Of a DNA stretch of 52,072 bases, positions 18,455-28,036 are shown piece after piece. Every line of letters begins with the position of its first letter. Within the stretch, counting starts at the first letter, position 1. The position numbers and the translations under genes are program-made. Source of the stretch: a virus (lineage: Duplodnaviria; Caudoviricetes); IMG/VR virus record IMGVR_UViG_3300026189_000007, positions 1 through 52,072 of that record. One strand, given 5' to 3'. The notes under the pieces are model-generated. The model was not told the DNA's origin. It made no database searches and was given only the letters and a program-made list of their open reading frames with translations.

Positions 18455-18796
18455 TTAGATCCTCGTTACTCCTGCTCTCACTAACACATTTCCTTCAACA
18501 ACTCTTTCCGTCACATTCCCTTTTGTAATGAGAATATCATAAACATATCTACCTTCTCTCAAAGTAAGAGTAGTTGCAGCAGGTAATTCTATTACAATTT
18601 TTCCAGTTGAAGGTTCAGGAATACTAGCAGTAAAATCTGTTGCTGTGGATGCACCTGCCCATTTTCTCATTTGAGACGCAACAGTATATCCACTCAGATC
18701 TAATGCTGAATTATTATCAGTAGATTCTAAATTAAAAGTTTGTTGGAATGTGGATCCTGTATTTACTACAAGATTATTGACATATACTGCAGCCAT
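18455..18796 (-). CDS. conserved virion-associated hypothetical protein (BppU/Ig-like fold suspected)
   Basis: NL....G..F...F, DL.GY....QMRK, G.I.I.L....T..L..GRYVYD......RV.EG..LV..GVT. Confidence 0.7.
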   Translation of the reverse strand: MAAVYVNNLVVNTGSTFQQTFNLESTDNNSALDLSGYTVASQMRKWAGASTATDFTASIPEPSTGKIVIELPAATTLTLREGRYVYDILITKGNVTERVVEGNVLVRAGVTRI

Positions 18797-18823
18797 CTAT
18801 TTACGAAAAGAATCCCTACTTCC

Positions 18824-18831
18824 TATTTATA
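18824..18831 (-). promoter_or_regulatory. T4 late promoter TATAAATA
   Basis: exact consensus in an intergenic gap; sits within a short inverted repeat TCCTAT-TT-ATAGGA. Confidence 0.78.
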
Positions 18832-18837
18832 GGAGTA

Positions 18838-19032
18838 CTACTTCTTAGTTAACTCATGGAGTAAACTTTTTATTTCATCTAATTCATTTCTTAATCTGTT
18901 TATTTCCTCTCTTTGAGAATCAACAGCATTTATTTTATTCAATCTGTGCTTATATTCTGAATCATTACAATTCACAATAGCACCAGTGTTTTCATCCCGA
19001 TATAAACCAGGATATCCTTGAACTTTGATCAT
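18838..19032 (-). CDS. small conserved hypothetical protein with C-terminal coiled coil
   Basis: KV.G...L.RD..TGAI.N motif; ATGA overlap with the upstream giant gene. Confidence 0.75.
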   Translation of the reverse strand: MIKVQGYPGLYRDENTGAIVNCNDSEYKHRLNKINAVDSQREEINRLRNELDEIKSLLHELTKK

Positions 19033-22000
19033 TTAACAGCAATAGTACGAAGATCCTTAATTTTAACTGGGTATGCTTGATTACTGGAAGACATAACAAT
19101 TTTAATTACATATCCAGTAAACTCTCCAAGATTTTCTGCGGAGAACTGATATTCTTTATACTCACCATCTAAACTTGGTGGAACGAGTGCATCAGGTAAA
19201 CCACTATTCTTAGATTCATCTACTACTTGATTACCAAAACCATCTCCAGTTGTATCCTTAAGATTATCATAGCCAGGGAATAATTCAAACTCTTGTAATA
19301 TACCCATAGAATCAGGTCTTTCTAGAGAATAAAGAACTCTAAAGTCAGCACTAGAATCTCTATATGCACTAACAATTACTTTTAATGAATCAGCAGCCTT
19401 GTTAATCTTAACTAACTGAGAGACATAAACTGCAGCATGAGGATCATTATCATGAGACTTAACCTCAGCATTAGTAGCATAATCTGATACTGGTTTGTCT
19501 ATCATATTTGTTCCAAATTGTGTATAAGCAACATCTGTATAGATTATTGGAGATACATTTTGGTTTTGAGTAGATAATGTTATACCTGTAGTAAATGATT
19601 TATTCCTTTCAATATTACCTAAGTAAGTGGTTTCATTTATCTGAGAACATACAAGTCTTGGACTGTTCAAAGTATTAAGATTATTAAGTTCTACAGGTTG
19701 GAATCCCTTATCTTGGAATGAAACTTCATTACCATCAACACTAGTTCCTGTTACAGTTCTAATAGATCCTTTAACACTAGTCAAAGGTGATGGTGTAACA
19801 ATATTATAACAAGGAGTTAATTGCTCAAACTGTATGTTTCTACTTGCTTTAGCATCTTCACCACCAGCAAAACCAGTATCTGTAAATGATAACTCTGGGT
19901 TAGCAACTGCATCAGCACTTCTATCTTTACCACCACTTGTTGTGTTAAATCCAACATAGTAAGAATTTAGTCCAATATCTATTGGAGAAATTTGATGGTT
20001 AGTATTGATTCTTCTTAAAGAAACACCATTTAACTCATATTTTTCTACATGATCACCAGAACTATATGGTGTTGTTATAGTGGAATCTACACCACGAACA
20101 AGGTCACCTAAAGTTCCATTTCCTACTGATCTGTATCCAATAATTTCATCTTGAATTCTTACATAACCAGTACTTCCAACACCAATAGGTGCTCCTTCAA
20201 AAGTAGAGAATCCAACAGTAGATCCAACACTAATAGTTGATGCATTTACTGCTAAATCAAGTGAAAGAGTTGATTTCTCACTATTACCAGCAATATCCAA
20301 TAATTGTAATTGGTTATTTGTGGCATGCATACCATGATCAAATTGGTTGACTAAGAAATGCTTACCATCATATGGTGCACCATCAACCACTAAGTCTGAA
20401 GTAAAGACTGGGCCACTACCAGTAGAAGCATTTTGTATAACTCCACTTACAGGATCAACATATCTAAAGTCTTCAGTGTCTTTAAATGATCCTGTAGCAG
20501 ATGTTCCTTGAATACCAGAGAGATATAATGTATCAAGACCGCTATTCTCAACAACAGTTAATAAAGCACCAGCACCAACATCTCCAGCAACATCAGCAGT
20601 TACAATACCTACAACATCACCAACTTTGTAACCTTTTGCTGCACCAGCAGTTGTAAATCCAGTGATTGTTCCATTTACATCTACACTATTAATTTTAATC
20701 TTAAATCCTTCACCATTACCTATTACATTAAAGGTACTAACATCAGTGGTAGTATTATTATATCCTGATCCACCAGATGTGAGAGATGCGTTAGTTACTG
20801 ATGCACCAGTTCCGACAATGTACGCATGAACAGCATTATTTGTAGATCCTACAATTTTTGTTCCTGGTACAAACGTTGTGAGTCCAGAATGTCCAGATGG
20901 AAGATTAGTAATACTAATTTTACCTGATTTAGCAATTGTAGTAATTGGATTATCATCAAGTACAGGTACATATCCATTACTTTCAGCCAAGGTTGGGTTA
21001 GAGAAGTATGCAGTTCCTGAAGAAGGTTTGAATCTTGCTTTATATAATTTCATCTTCATATCTTCCATCTGGCTTGCAGTCCAAATAGATCCGTTCTGTG
21101 ATTTGAAGAGACTACCCAATGCCCATTGTTGAGTATAGATTATGGTTTTACCACCATCACCACCACCCACAACTTTTTCACCCATGCGAGCACACCAAAC
21201 TTCATACTGATCAGTAGTTTCTGCAAGAAGAACTACTGCATATTCTCCTCCAGCCTCTAAGTAAATTGGTTCTTTAAATACAACATGAGTTGCAACTGAA
21301 CTATCGTTTGATGTTGTTATATCATCTGGATACAATACTTCACCAGCATTAAGACTGATTAGAGTTGGAGTTCCTAACTCCATAGTTCTTATCTGAACAA
21401 TACATGGATTACTCTGTCCTGTTGATGGTTTAGTACCAAAGAATAAATCTACAGCAGTTAAGAAAGCACCATGCTGATCATCATCTAAATTAACATTAGC
21501 ACTCTGTACTGTAGATGCATCAGGTACAGGTATGTTAGCAGCAACAATGAATGATTGTGCTAATGGATCACCGTTATCTTCTTCCCATCTTCTTGTAATA
21601 GTGGTAATTGAAGTTCTAATAGTTGTAACAGTTGTCTGAAGTTGTATTTCACGGAATTGACCTTGAGATCTAAAATTAGTTTCTGCTGAAGAAATTAATT
21701 TACTTCCTTTTAATGGTTTTTTGTTTTGCTTATCTTGAGTTAATCTGTAAGATTTTCTACCACTTCTAATTACAACACTAGGTTGTGGATCTTTATTAGG
21801 ATCTCTTAAGAACCAAGATCCTTTCAAATCACCATGATTATCAGTAACCAATCTCAAATCCTTAACGTAAGAAACTGCACCACTTGTTTGACCAACTAAT
21901 TTTGCACCTTTAACAACATAACCACTGTATAGTCCTTGTGCTTTTGCAGCTAATCCTTTAACGTCAACATTTAGTACCTTAGAAGAACTTGTATAATTTG

Positions 22001-25000
22001 CTTGCATTCCTTCTGCAGGTTTATATGGAAGATATGAATAGGTAGTTTTTGGATTATTGTATGGGCCTGTTTTATGATCAGATTTAGCAACTCTGAAACT
22101 AATAATCTTCTTACCATTAATATAACCATTTACAGTCTCCCCAATTTGGAATACTCCAACAGATCCATAATTATCTAAACTCTTATCATTTGCTATTTCC
22201 AATAACTTTGGAATAAAGTCAACACCACTTTGACCATCAAAGAATTGATAATGTCTTTGTGTTGGTTTTAGAAGTGAAGCATCAAACGCAGTGTTTCTAG
22301 ATCTCATGAATCTATCATCACCAGTATCTAATATAACGTCTTTTGACTCAGTAGTTGTTCTAGTTTCTGTTCTTCTACTTGTTGATTGACCTCTAAAATC
22401 AAAACTTCCATTAGGTCTATTACTTCCAATATTTCTTCCATTAACAATGTTTTTAACTACAGTTTTCTTCCTGTTCTGTGTTGCTTTGAGAGTTGTATCA
22501 TTTAATCTAATAGTTCTGACCCAACTATCGCTTGCTGGAGTTAATTCAACAACACCATCAAATGCAATAACATGGAATGGGTTAACATTTTCTACTCTAG
22601 TTGCAAGAGGTTGATTTATCCATTCAACTGAATCATAGTCTAAAAGAACTGAATTTCCACGCTTTACAACATTTGAATCTAAAAGATCATAATCTTGTGA
22701 TGTATCTAATTCACTATCAACTGTATTTGTAGAAGGCATCAAAGAACTTTCAAGACTATTCTGACCAATAATAGGTCTTATTGCTTGTGCAGTTCGATCA
22801 ACACTTATAGCAGAATAATCAAGATCAATAAGATCATTATTCTTAAAATCATCTACGAAGAATCCACTCTTAAATCTATCATTACCTTGAGCATCTTGAA
22901 CCTTTAATGCTTCTGTACTTACTTCAAGTAATGATAATGTGGTTACCCTCTCCAAATTCTCAATTCTATCTTCTAGAGCACCAATGTCTCTCATAGTATA
23001 TCTCTTATTGTCAGTCAAATACATTTCTGCATCATCTGGATCAAAAAGATATGGTGGTAAGACTATTGTAGCTAACTCCATTGAGTTATTATCAGATGCA
23101 GGAGGAAGTGGGGTTCTTGCAGAAGTTCCTTCTTGAAGAGATAATACACCATACTTGTTAATGAATAGTTTATCTACTCTACCAAGATAATACTCATATC
23201 CTAGAAGAGAAGTCTCACCAGATGCTAATAAGAATTTTGGTGTGGTATTAAATTGAGTTGTTCTAGAATCAAAAGCAAATGGAGATACTGTATTGCTAGT
23301 AAAATCTGGTACTCTAGGTCTGAAATCAAGAGTATCTGTTGCTCTTACATTATTATCACCAATATCAGGAATATCCTCACTGAAACGTGCTTTATCGTAA
23401 CTCAATACAGTAAATGCATCTCCCTTATCACTCTCAGGGACAACGTACTTATCAAATACAATTAATAATCTTCTAGACGGTATTGAAGAATTTGTTTTTC
23501 TAACAAGTCTTGAATAATCGTAGAATTGATCTCTTTGGCCTTTATCTAAGGTAAATGATTTTGTAATATTCTGATATTTTCCATCTGTTTCTACAGTATT
23601 AATTCCTTCTACAGTAGTAGTAATATTAGACTCATCAAATTTAACAGTTTCATTTAATTCAAATACTCTATCATTTAGATATACAACACCTAATTTATTA
23701 GCTCCACCTGAAGATGGTGTAGATGCATTGTTTGTAACTACTCTAGCAATTGCATTAGAAGTTTGACCTATAATATGCTCACCAATAATAGCATTTGATG
23801 CAACAGCTGCGGTAGCACCGAAAACTATATTATCAAAGGTTGGTTGTGTTTCATCACTTGACTCATAAACAGATATAACTTTGACTACATCAGGTACATT
23901 TAAAGATATTTCCTGATCTTGAACTCTTAAACCATATGCATTTGGATTATATGTTAATCCATCTTGAATACCAGTACCAATACCAGACTGCTGTAATTTA
24001 GATAAAGTTACCTCAACAATATTACTCTTAACATAATTCTTAACTTTACTTTGAATACCTTGTTTGACTGCAGTTACGTTAGCAACAGTATTAGAGTCAC
24101 TAGCATTTAATCCTGTAATTACAACTTCAGATCCACCACTATTCAAACTAAAGTTACTACCAGTTACTGATCCAACTCCAGAAGTAGATCCATAATGAAT
24201 AGAATATCTACTTGCAGCATAAGAATCAAAGAATGCTGTAGTAATTCCATTTCCACCACCATCTTTAACACCTGGTGTTCCTGATATAGTAAGAGTTGTT
24301 GTAGAAGATGCAATACCTTCACCAGTAATTTGTGCAGCAATTGTCAGTGTAGATGAAGTAAGATCGACAGATGCAATATTAGTATCTGGTAGTACTGTAT
24401 ATAATGAACCCTGTTCAGCTTCTCTAATAGATGGTGCACCAATGGATACATTTACAGTTCCACTTGTATTGATAGGTGTTCCAGAAAATATTCCAGCAAC
24501 ACTTGTACCTAAAGCACCAAGAGTTAGTGCAGTACCATCACCAGAAATAGCGTCAACATTTGCAAATATCTCATCACCATCACCTTGTGAATATCTAATT
24601 ACTGTATTTGTTGTGATACCAGTAAATACTCCACCTGGTGATCTTAGTGTTGTTCCAGAGTTGGTTACGATTCCAACTGTTACTCCATTAGGTAGAGGAA
24701 ATTTTTCTAAAAATGTAGTTGCGGTAAAGTCTTGTGCATAAACACCTGATGCAGTTTGTTTAATAGACTTAACATCTTTAATACCAAATGCTTTTACAGC
24801 GACTGTTTGTATTGATAAAGAATTACCTTGAATAATAAGTGGTTCATTTGCTAGGAATCTACCAGATGTTTGTTCTACAAAAAGATCATTTCCTGTTCCA
24901 CTAGTACCACCATTACCAGCTCCACTGGGGTTCCATACATAACCAGTCGCACCACTATTTGCACCTTTTACATGATAAGAATGTAACACTTCTGTTGATG

Positions 25001-26402
25001 AAAGTGATCTATTTAATGATAATCTAGTAAATGTTTGAACATCATATAGATATAAATTCCATTTTGATGCAGCACCTTGATATTCGTTATTAGCTAAGTT
25101 AAAAGAATATACCCTTGCTCTACCTATTTTTAAAGTTGATGCAGAATAACCATTATATAAAGAAATTTCTCTTCTATACTGAGGTTGACCTGCTACATTA
25201 TTAACTTGCAACCTATTTCCCATTGTAAATGGAACACTAGTAGCATCTACAGTTTCAGTATCTCTTGGTTTATTAGCATCTATAATAGTTGTATTATCTG
25301 TATCAATATCATAACCTTTAACATATGCTGTTCCTCCACCGATCTTTATACACATTAAATCGTCTGAAGGTTCTGCTCCTTGCTCAGTTTGCTCATCAGA
25401 GAAGAATAATCCACCATTTCCCATTCTGTTGTTTAATGAATTATCAACACTTATATCAAATGGACTTAAAGTATAATTTCCAGACTCTTCAAATGTTCTT
25501 TCAGCAATATAATCTTTAATTATATTGTAATTATTTTTAGTCGTTATCTTTCTAGTTTCACCCTCAACAACCTTTACGATTTCAACAAAATCAGAATCAT
25601 CATAGTCATCTGTTGCCTTTTTGGTAAGAGTTAATCCAATTTTAAATCTATCAGAACCAGGAGCAGCATAGTTAGTAAATCCTTGTGCGTTATCATATAA
25701 TGAAGGATCATCTTTTGCACCAATTATATTTTCATCAATTTTTAAACCAACTCTATATGATGGTGTATTTGTATAATGATCTAAAATTATTGTTTGCTTA
25801 GTTACGTTAACAAAAGTTCCTCTAATAAAGAATACACCATCATTTACAGAACACGCAGATCCCACGGCTGTTGCATCTTGAGATATCAAGGTTGCTACTT
25901 CTTGTCCTGTAGAAATAGTAGTATTACCATAAACTATATTTTCTCTTGCTATTAGTGATTCACCATCTGTAAACACTTCAGTTGCGAAGTCTTCAGGACT
26001 AGAATCTATGTATTTTACATATATTGTTAGATCAGTTACATTAACACCATCAGGTAATACAACTTTTTGTACAGTTCCAGTTACTCCTGAAGTTCTACCT
26101 TCTAAAACTTTACCTACAAGTTGATCAGCATATATTGAAACATCAATTCCAAACTGTAAAGGGCTCAATTTTACAGAATTGTACTGATAATCAACAGTGA
26201 TTCCACCTGGAATTACAATCGACCCTTCTTTAAATATATGACTACCAAATTGTTCAACCTGATTTTGTAAAATAGATTGAAGTGTTGTTAATTCTCTAGC
26301 TTGGACTGGAAATCCTGGCTTGAATAAAACCTTGTAAAAATTCTTACTAGGATCAAAATCGTCATAGTAAGGGCTAATGTTTAAATCTTTCTTTTGAGCC
26401 AT
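19029..26402 (-). CDS. large virion structural protein, VrlC/DUF4815-like (2457 aa)
   Basis: N..PYYDDFD..KNFYKVLFKPG.PVQARELT.LQSILQNQ N-terminus, RFKSGFFVD.F, DPLAQSF, GSLFKSQNGS.W; follows gp8 as in cyanomyoviruses. Confidence 0.88.
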   Translation of the reverse strand: MAQKKDLNISPYYDDFDPSKNFYKVLFKPGFPVQARELTTLQSILQNQVEQFGSHIFKEGSIVIPGGITVDYQYNSVKLSPLQFGIDVSIYADQLVGKVLEGRTSGVTGTVQKVVLPDGVNVTDLTIYVKYIDSSPEDFATEVFTDGESLIARENIVYGNTTISTGQEVATLISQDATAVGSACSVNDGVFFIRGTFVNVTKQTIILDHYTNTPSYRVGLKIDENIIGAKDDPSLYDNAQGFTNYAAPGSDRFKIGLTLTKKATDDYDDSDFVEIVKVVEGETRKITTKNNYNIIKDYIAERTFEESGNYTLSPFDISVDNSLNNRMGNGGLFFSDEQTEQGAEPSDDLMCIKIGGGTAYVKGYDIDTDNTTIIDANKPRDTETVDATSVPFTMGNRLQVNNVAGQPQYRREISLYNGYSASTLKIGRARVYSFNLANNEYQGAASKWNLYLYDVQTFTRLSLNRSLSSTEVLHSYHVKGANSGATGYVWNPSGAGNGGTSGTGNDLFVEQTSGRFLANEPLIIQGNSLSIQTVAVKAFGIKDVKSIKQTASGVYAQDFTATTFLEKFPLPNGVTVGIVTNSGTTLRSPGGVFTGITTNTVIRYSQGDGDEIFANVDAISGDGTALTLGALGTSVAGIFSGTPINTSGTVNVSIGAPSIREAEQGSLYTVLPDTNIASVDLTSSTLTIAAQITGEGIASSTTTLTISGTPGVKDGGGNGITTAFFDSYAASRYSIHYGSTSGVGSVTGSNFSLNSGGSEVVITGLNASDSNTVANVTAVKQGIQSKVKNYVKSNIVEVTLSKLQQSGIGTGIQDGLTYNPNAYGLRVQDQEISLNVPDVVKVISVYESSDETQPTFDNIVFGATAAVASNAIIGEHIIGQTSNAIARVVTNNASTPSSGGANKLGVVYLNDRVFELNETVKFDESNITTTVEGINTVETDGKYQNITKSFTLDKGQRDQFYDYSRLVRKTNSSIPSRRLLIVFDKYVVPESDKGDAFTVLSYDKARFSEDIPDIGDNNVRATDTLDFRPRVPDFTSNTVSPFAFDSRTTQFNTTPKFLLASGETSLLGYEYYLGRVDKLFINKYGVLSLQEGTSARTPLPPASDNNSMELATIVLPPYLFDPDDAEMYLTDNKRYTMRDIGALEDRIENLERVTTLSLLEVSTEALKVQDAQGNDRFKSGFFVDDFKNNDLIDLDYSAISVDRTAQAIRPIIGQNSLESSLMPSTNTVDSELDTSQDYDLLDSNVVKRGNSVLLDYDSVEWINQPLATRVENVNPFHVIAFDGVVELTPASDSWVRTIRLNDTTLKATQNRKKTVVKNIVNGRNIGSNRPNGSFDFRGQSTSRRTETRTTTESKDVILDTGDDRFMRSRNTAFDASLLKPTQRHYQFFDGQSGVDFIPKLLEIANDKSLDNYGSVGVFQIGETVNGYINGKKIISFRVAKSDHKTGPYNNPKTTYSYLPYKPAEGMQANYTSSSKVLNVDVKGLAAKAQGLYSGYVVKGAKLVGQTSGAVSYVKDLRLVTDNHGDLKGSWFLRDPNKDPQPSVVIRSGRKSYRLTQDKQNKKPLKGSKLISSAETNFRSQGQFREIQLQTTVTTIRTSITTITRRWEEDNGDPLAQSFIVAANIPVPDASTVQSANVNLDDDQHGAFLTAVDLFFGTKPSTGQSNPCIVQIRTMELGTPTLISLNAGEVLYPDDITTSNDSSVATHVVFKEPIYLEAGGEYAVVLLAETTDQYEVWCARMGEKVVGGGDGGKTIIYTQQWALGSLFKSQNGSIWTASQMEDMKMKLYKARFKPSSGTAYFSNPTLAESNGYVPVLDDNPITTIAKSGKISITNLPSGHSGLTTFVPGTKIVGSTNNAVHAYIVGTGASVTNASLTSGGSGYNNTTTDVSTFNVIGNGEGFKIKINSVDVNGTITGFTTAGAAKGYKVGDVVGIVTADVAGDVGAGALLTVVENSGLDTLYLSGIQGTSATGSFKDTEDFRYVDPVSGVIQNASTGSGPVFTSDLVVDGAPYDGKHFLVNQFDHGMHATNNQLQLLDIAGNSEKSTLSLDLAVNASTISVGSTVGFSTFEGAPIGVGSTGYVRIQDEIIGYRSVGNGTLGDLVRGVDSTITTPYSSGDHVEKYELNGVSLRRINTNHQISPIDIGLNSYYVGFNTTSGGKDRSADAVANPELSFTDTGFAGGEDAKASRNIQFEQLTPCYNIVTPSPLTSVKGSIRTVTGTSVDGNEVSFQDKGFQPVELNNLNTLNSPRLVCSQINETTYLGNIERNKSFTTGITLSTQNQNVSPIIYTDVAYTQFGTNMIDKPVSDYATNAEVKSHDNDPHAAVYVSQLVKINKAADSLKVIVSAYRDSSADFRVLYSLERPDSMGILQEFELFPGYDNLKDTTGDGFGNQVVDESKNSGLPDALVPPSLDGEYKEYQFSAENLGEFTGYVIKIVMSSSNQAYPVKIKDLRTIAVK

Positions 26403-26408
26403 GATTTT

Positions 26409-27995
26409 TTAGAATTCCAGTATAATTTTAATGTCTTCTTTTTGTCTACTATCCCTAGTAACTGATTTGCGATTGTCGATGTAAATTACATCACCTGTCG
26501 TTTTATTTATCTCTGGATCGGCAAGACCACTTGTGAAATAAACACCTAAGTCTATTTCTCTACTACCATCAGTATAAGTGTTTCCAGTAAATGCAATAGC
26601 AGGGGAAGTATCAGATGGGCCACCAGCAGCAAAACTAATACTATTAGATGTGGCTTCAAATCCTAAAACTTTTGCATCTGTACTAATACCAATATAATCA
26701 GTTTGATCAGTATTATTTCCATAATATAAAGATCTATCCTGATAATATTTTAAAACATTAGTTTGTTTATCAAATGAAGCAACATATGCACGAGCAACAT
26801 CACCATCAGTACGTGTCTGTGATATAGAACTACCAATAGAAATAGAACTACCATCAAAGGAATCAGCAAACTTAATTGCACCTAAAGATGAGTATTGACT
26901 ACCAGTAAATACTGTACTCTTAGATGAGAATGTAGATGGATTTTTTACAATCCCTACTTGAGAAAAAGTAGTATCTGTTGGAAAGTCTCTTGTAGAATCA
27001 TCAAATCTTGCATAAATTAAAACTCTATCTGCACCCAATTCTTTATAAACATCATACCCATGCCCTCTAGAAGGAGGTATAATTGGTATAAGTTTTGCAA
27101 AAGTACTTGGAGCAGTACCAGTTGGTTGAAGTAAACCTAAATCAACAATACCATAAGTATATCCACTTCCACCTGCAGTCACAGTCACTGATTGAATAAT
27201 ACCACCAACAGTTTGTACAGATGCTTTTGCACCAGCACCATCACCAAGAATATCTACTGAAAATGTTCCATTATTATATCCAGCACCTGGATTTTCAATA
27301 TAAACCTGTTTGATTTGGTTAAAGTTAACATCAGAATCAGCAGCTTCTCTAACATTTTGAATTTGAGAGTTTGTAGAAGTAGACCAGTCATTAGGAACTA
27401 CAATATACTCTGTAGAATCAAATTTTATAATATCACTAGGTGATATTGAGAATAAGAACTTCCAAACATATCCATCACCACTTGTTCCAGCAGCAGATGG
27501 TTCTAAATCTGTAAATGTTGGTTCATCCTTTGATTTACCACCACCAGCCGTCGTAGAACCTGGTGCACCATAAGAACCATTACTTAGACAAATGTAAACA
27601 TTGAAATCACTGTTAACAACATAATAATTAGCATCATATAATCTAGCAGTTTTTGATACAGGAGAGGGATTACTAATACTGTAATCCTGTCTGTACATAT
27701 CATAAGAAGTATTTGAAGTCCATTGAACTTTTCTTATAACTCTTCTTATATTATTAGCATTTATTTTTTGACCAAATAGTGAAGTGCTTCTATATTGTGC
27801 TTCGTACGAGAGATTATCCGTTGGTAATAAAGGTGCAGAACTATCCCAAGTGCTAGTTCTACCAAATCCAGGATTTGGAGTAGCGGGATTGCTCAGTCCT
27901 AAAAAAACATAATAGGAGTTATTAGTATCAAGTACAGACTCTACAAAATTACTTGCATTAAATATTCTAAATTGATCTGTTACGACGGCAGACAT
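26409..27995 (-). CDS. gp8: baseplate wedge subunit gp8
   Basis: TDQFRI.NA..F, W.....YDMYR.DY, YYV.NSD..VY.CL.N, DGY.WK.L..I, G...YIDNR...R...QKEDIKI.LEF. Confidence 0.92.
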   Translation of the reverse strand: MSAVVTDQFRIFNASNFVESVLDTNNSYYVFLGLSNPATPNPGFGRTSTWDSSAPLLPTDNLSYEAQYRSTSLFGQKINANNIRRVIRKVQWTSNTSYDMYRQDYSISNPSPVSKTARLYDANYYVVNSDFNVYICLSNGSYGAPGSTTAGGGKSKDEPTFTDLEPSAAGTSGDGYVWKFLFSISPSDIIKFDSTEYIVVPNDWSTSTNSQIQNVREAADSDVNFNQIKQVYIENPGAGYNNGTFSVDILGDGAGAKASVQTVGGIIQSVTVTAGGSGYTYGIVDLGLLQPTGTAPSTFAKLIPIIPPSRGHGYDVYKELGADRVLIYARFDDSTRDFPTDTTFSQVGIVKNPSTFSSKSTVFTGSQYSSLGAIKFADSFDGSSISIGSSISQTRTDGDVARAYVASFDKQTNVLKYYQDRSLYYGNNTDQTDYIGISTDAKVLGFEATSNSISFAAGGPSDTSPAIAFTGNTYTDGSREIDLGVYFTSGLADPEINKTTGDVIYIDNRKSVTRDSRQKEDIKIILEF

Positions 27996-28020
27996 ATTAA
28001 TTTTGTTTTTTTATAATAGA

Positions 28021-28028
28021 TATTTATA
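28021..28028 (-). promoter_or_regulatory. T4 late promoter TATAAATA upstream of gp8
   Basis: exact consensus in the gp7-gp8 gap. Confidence 0.8.
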
Positions 28029-28036
28029 AGAGTTTA

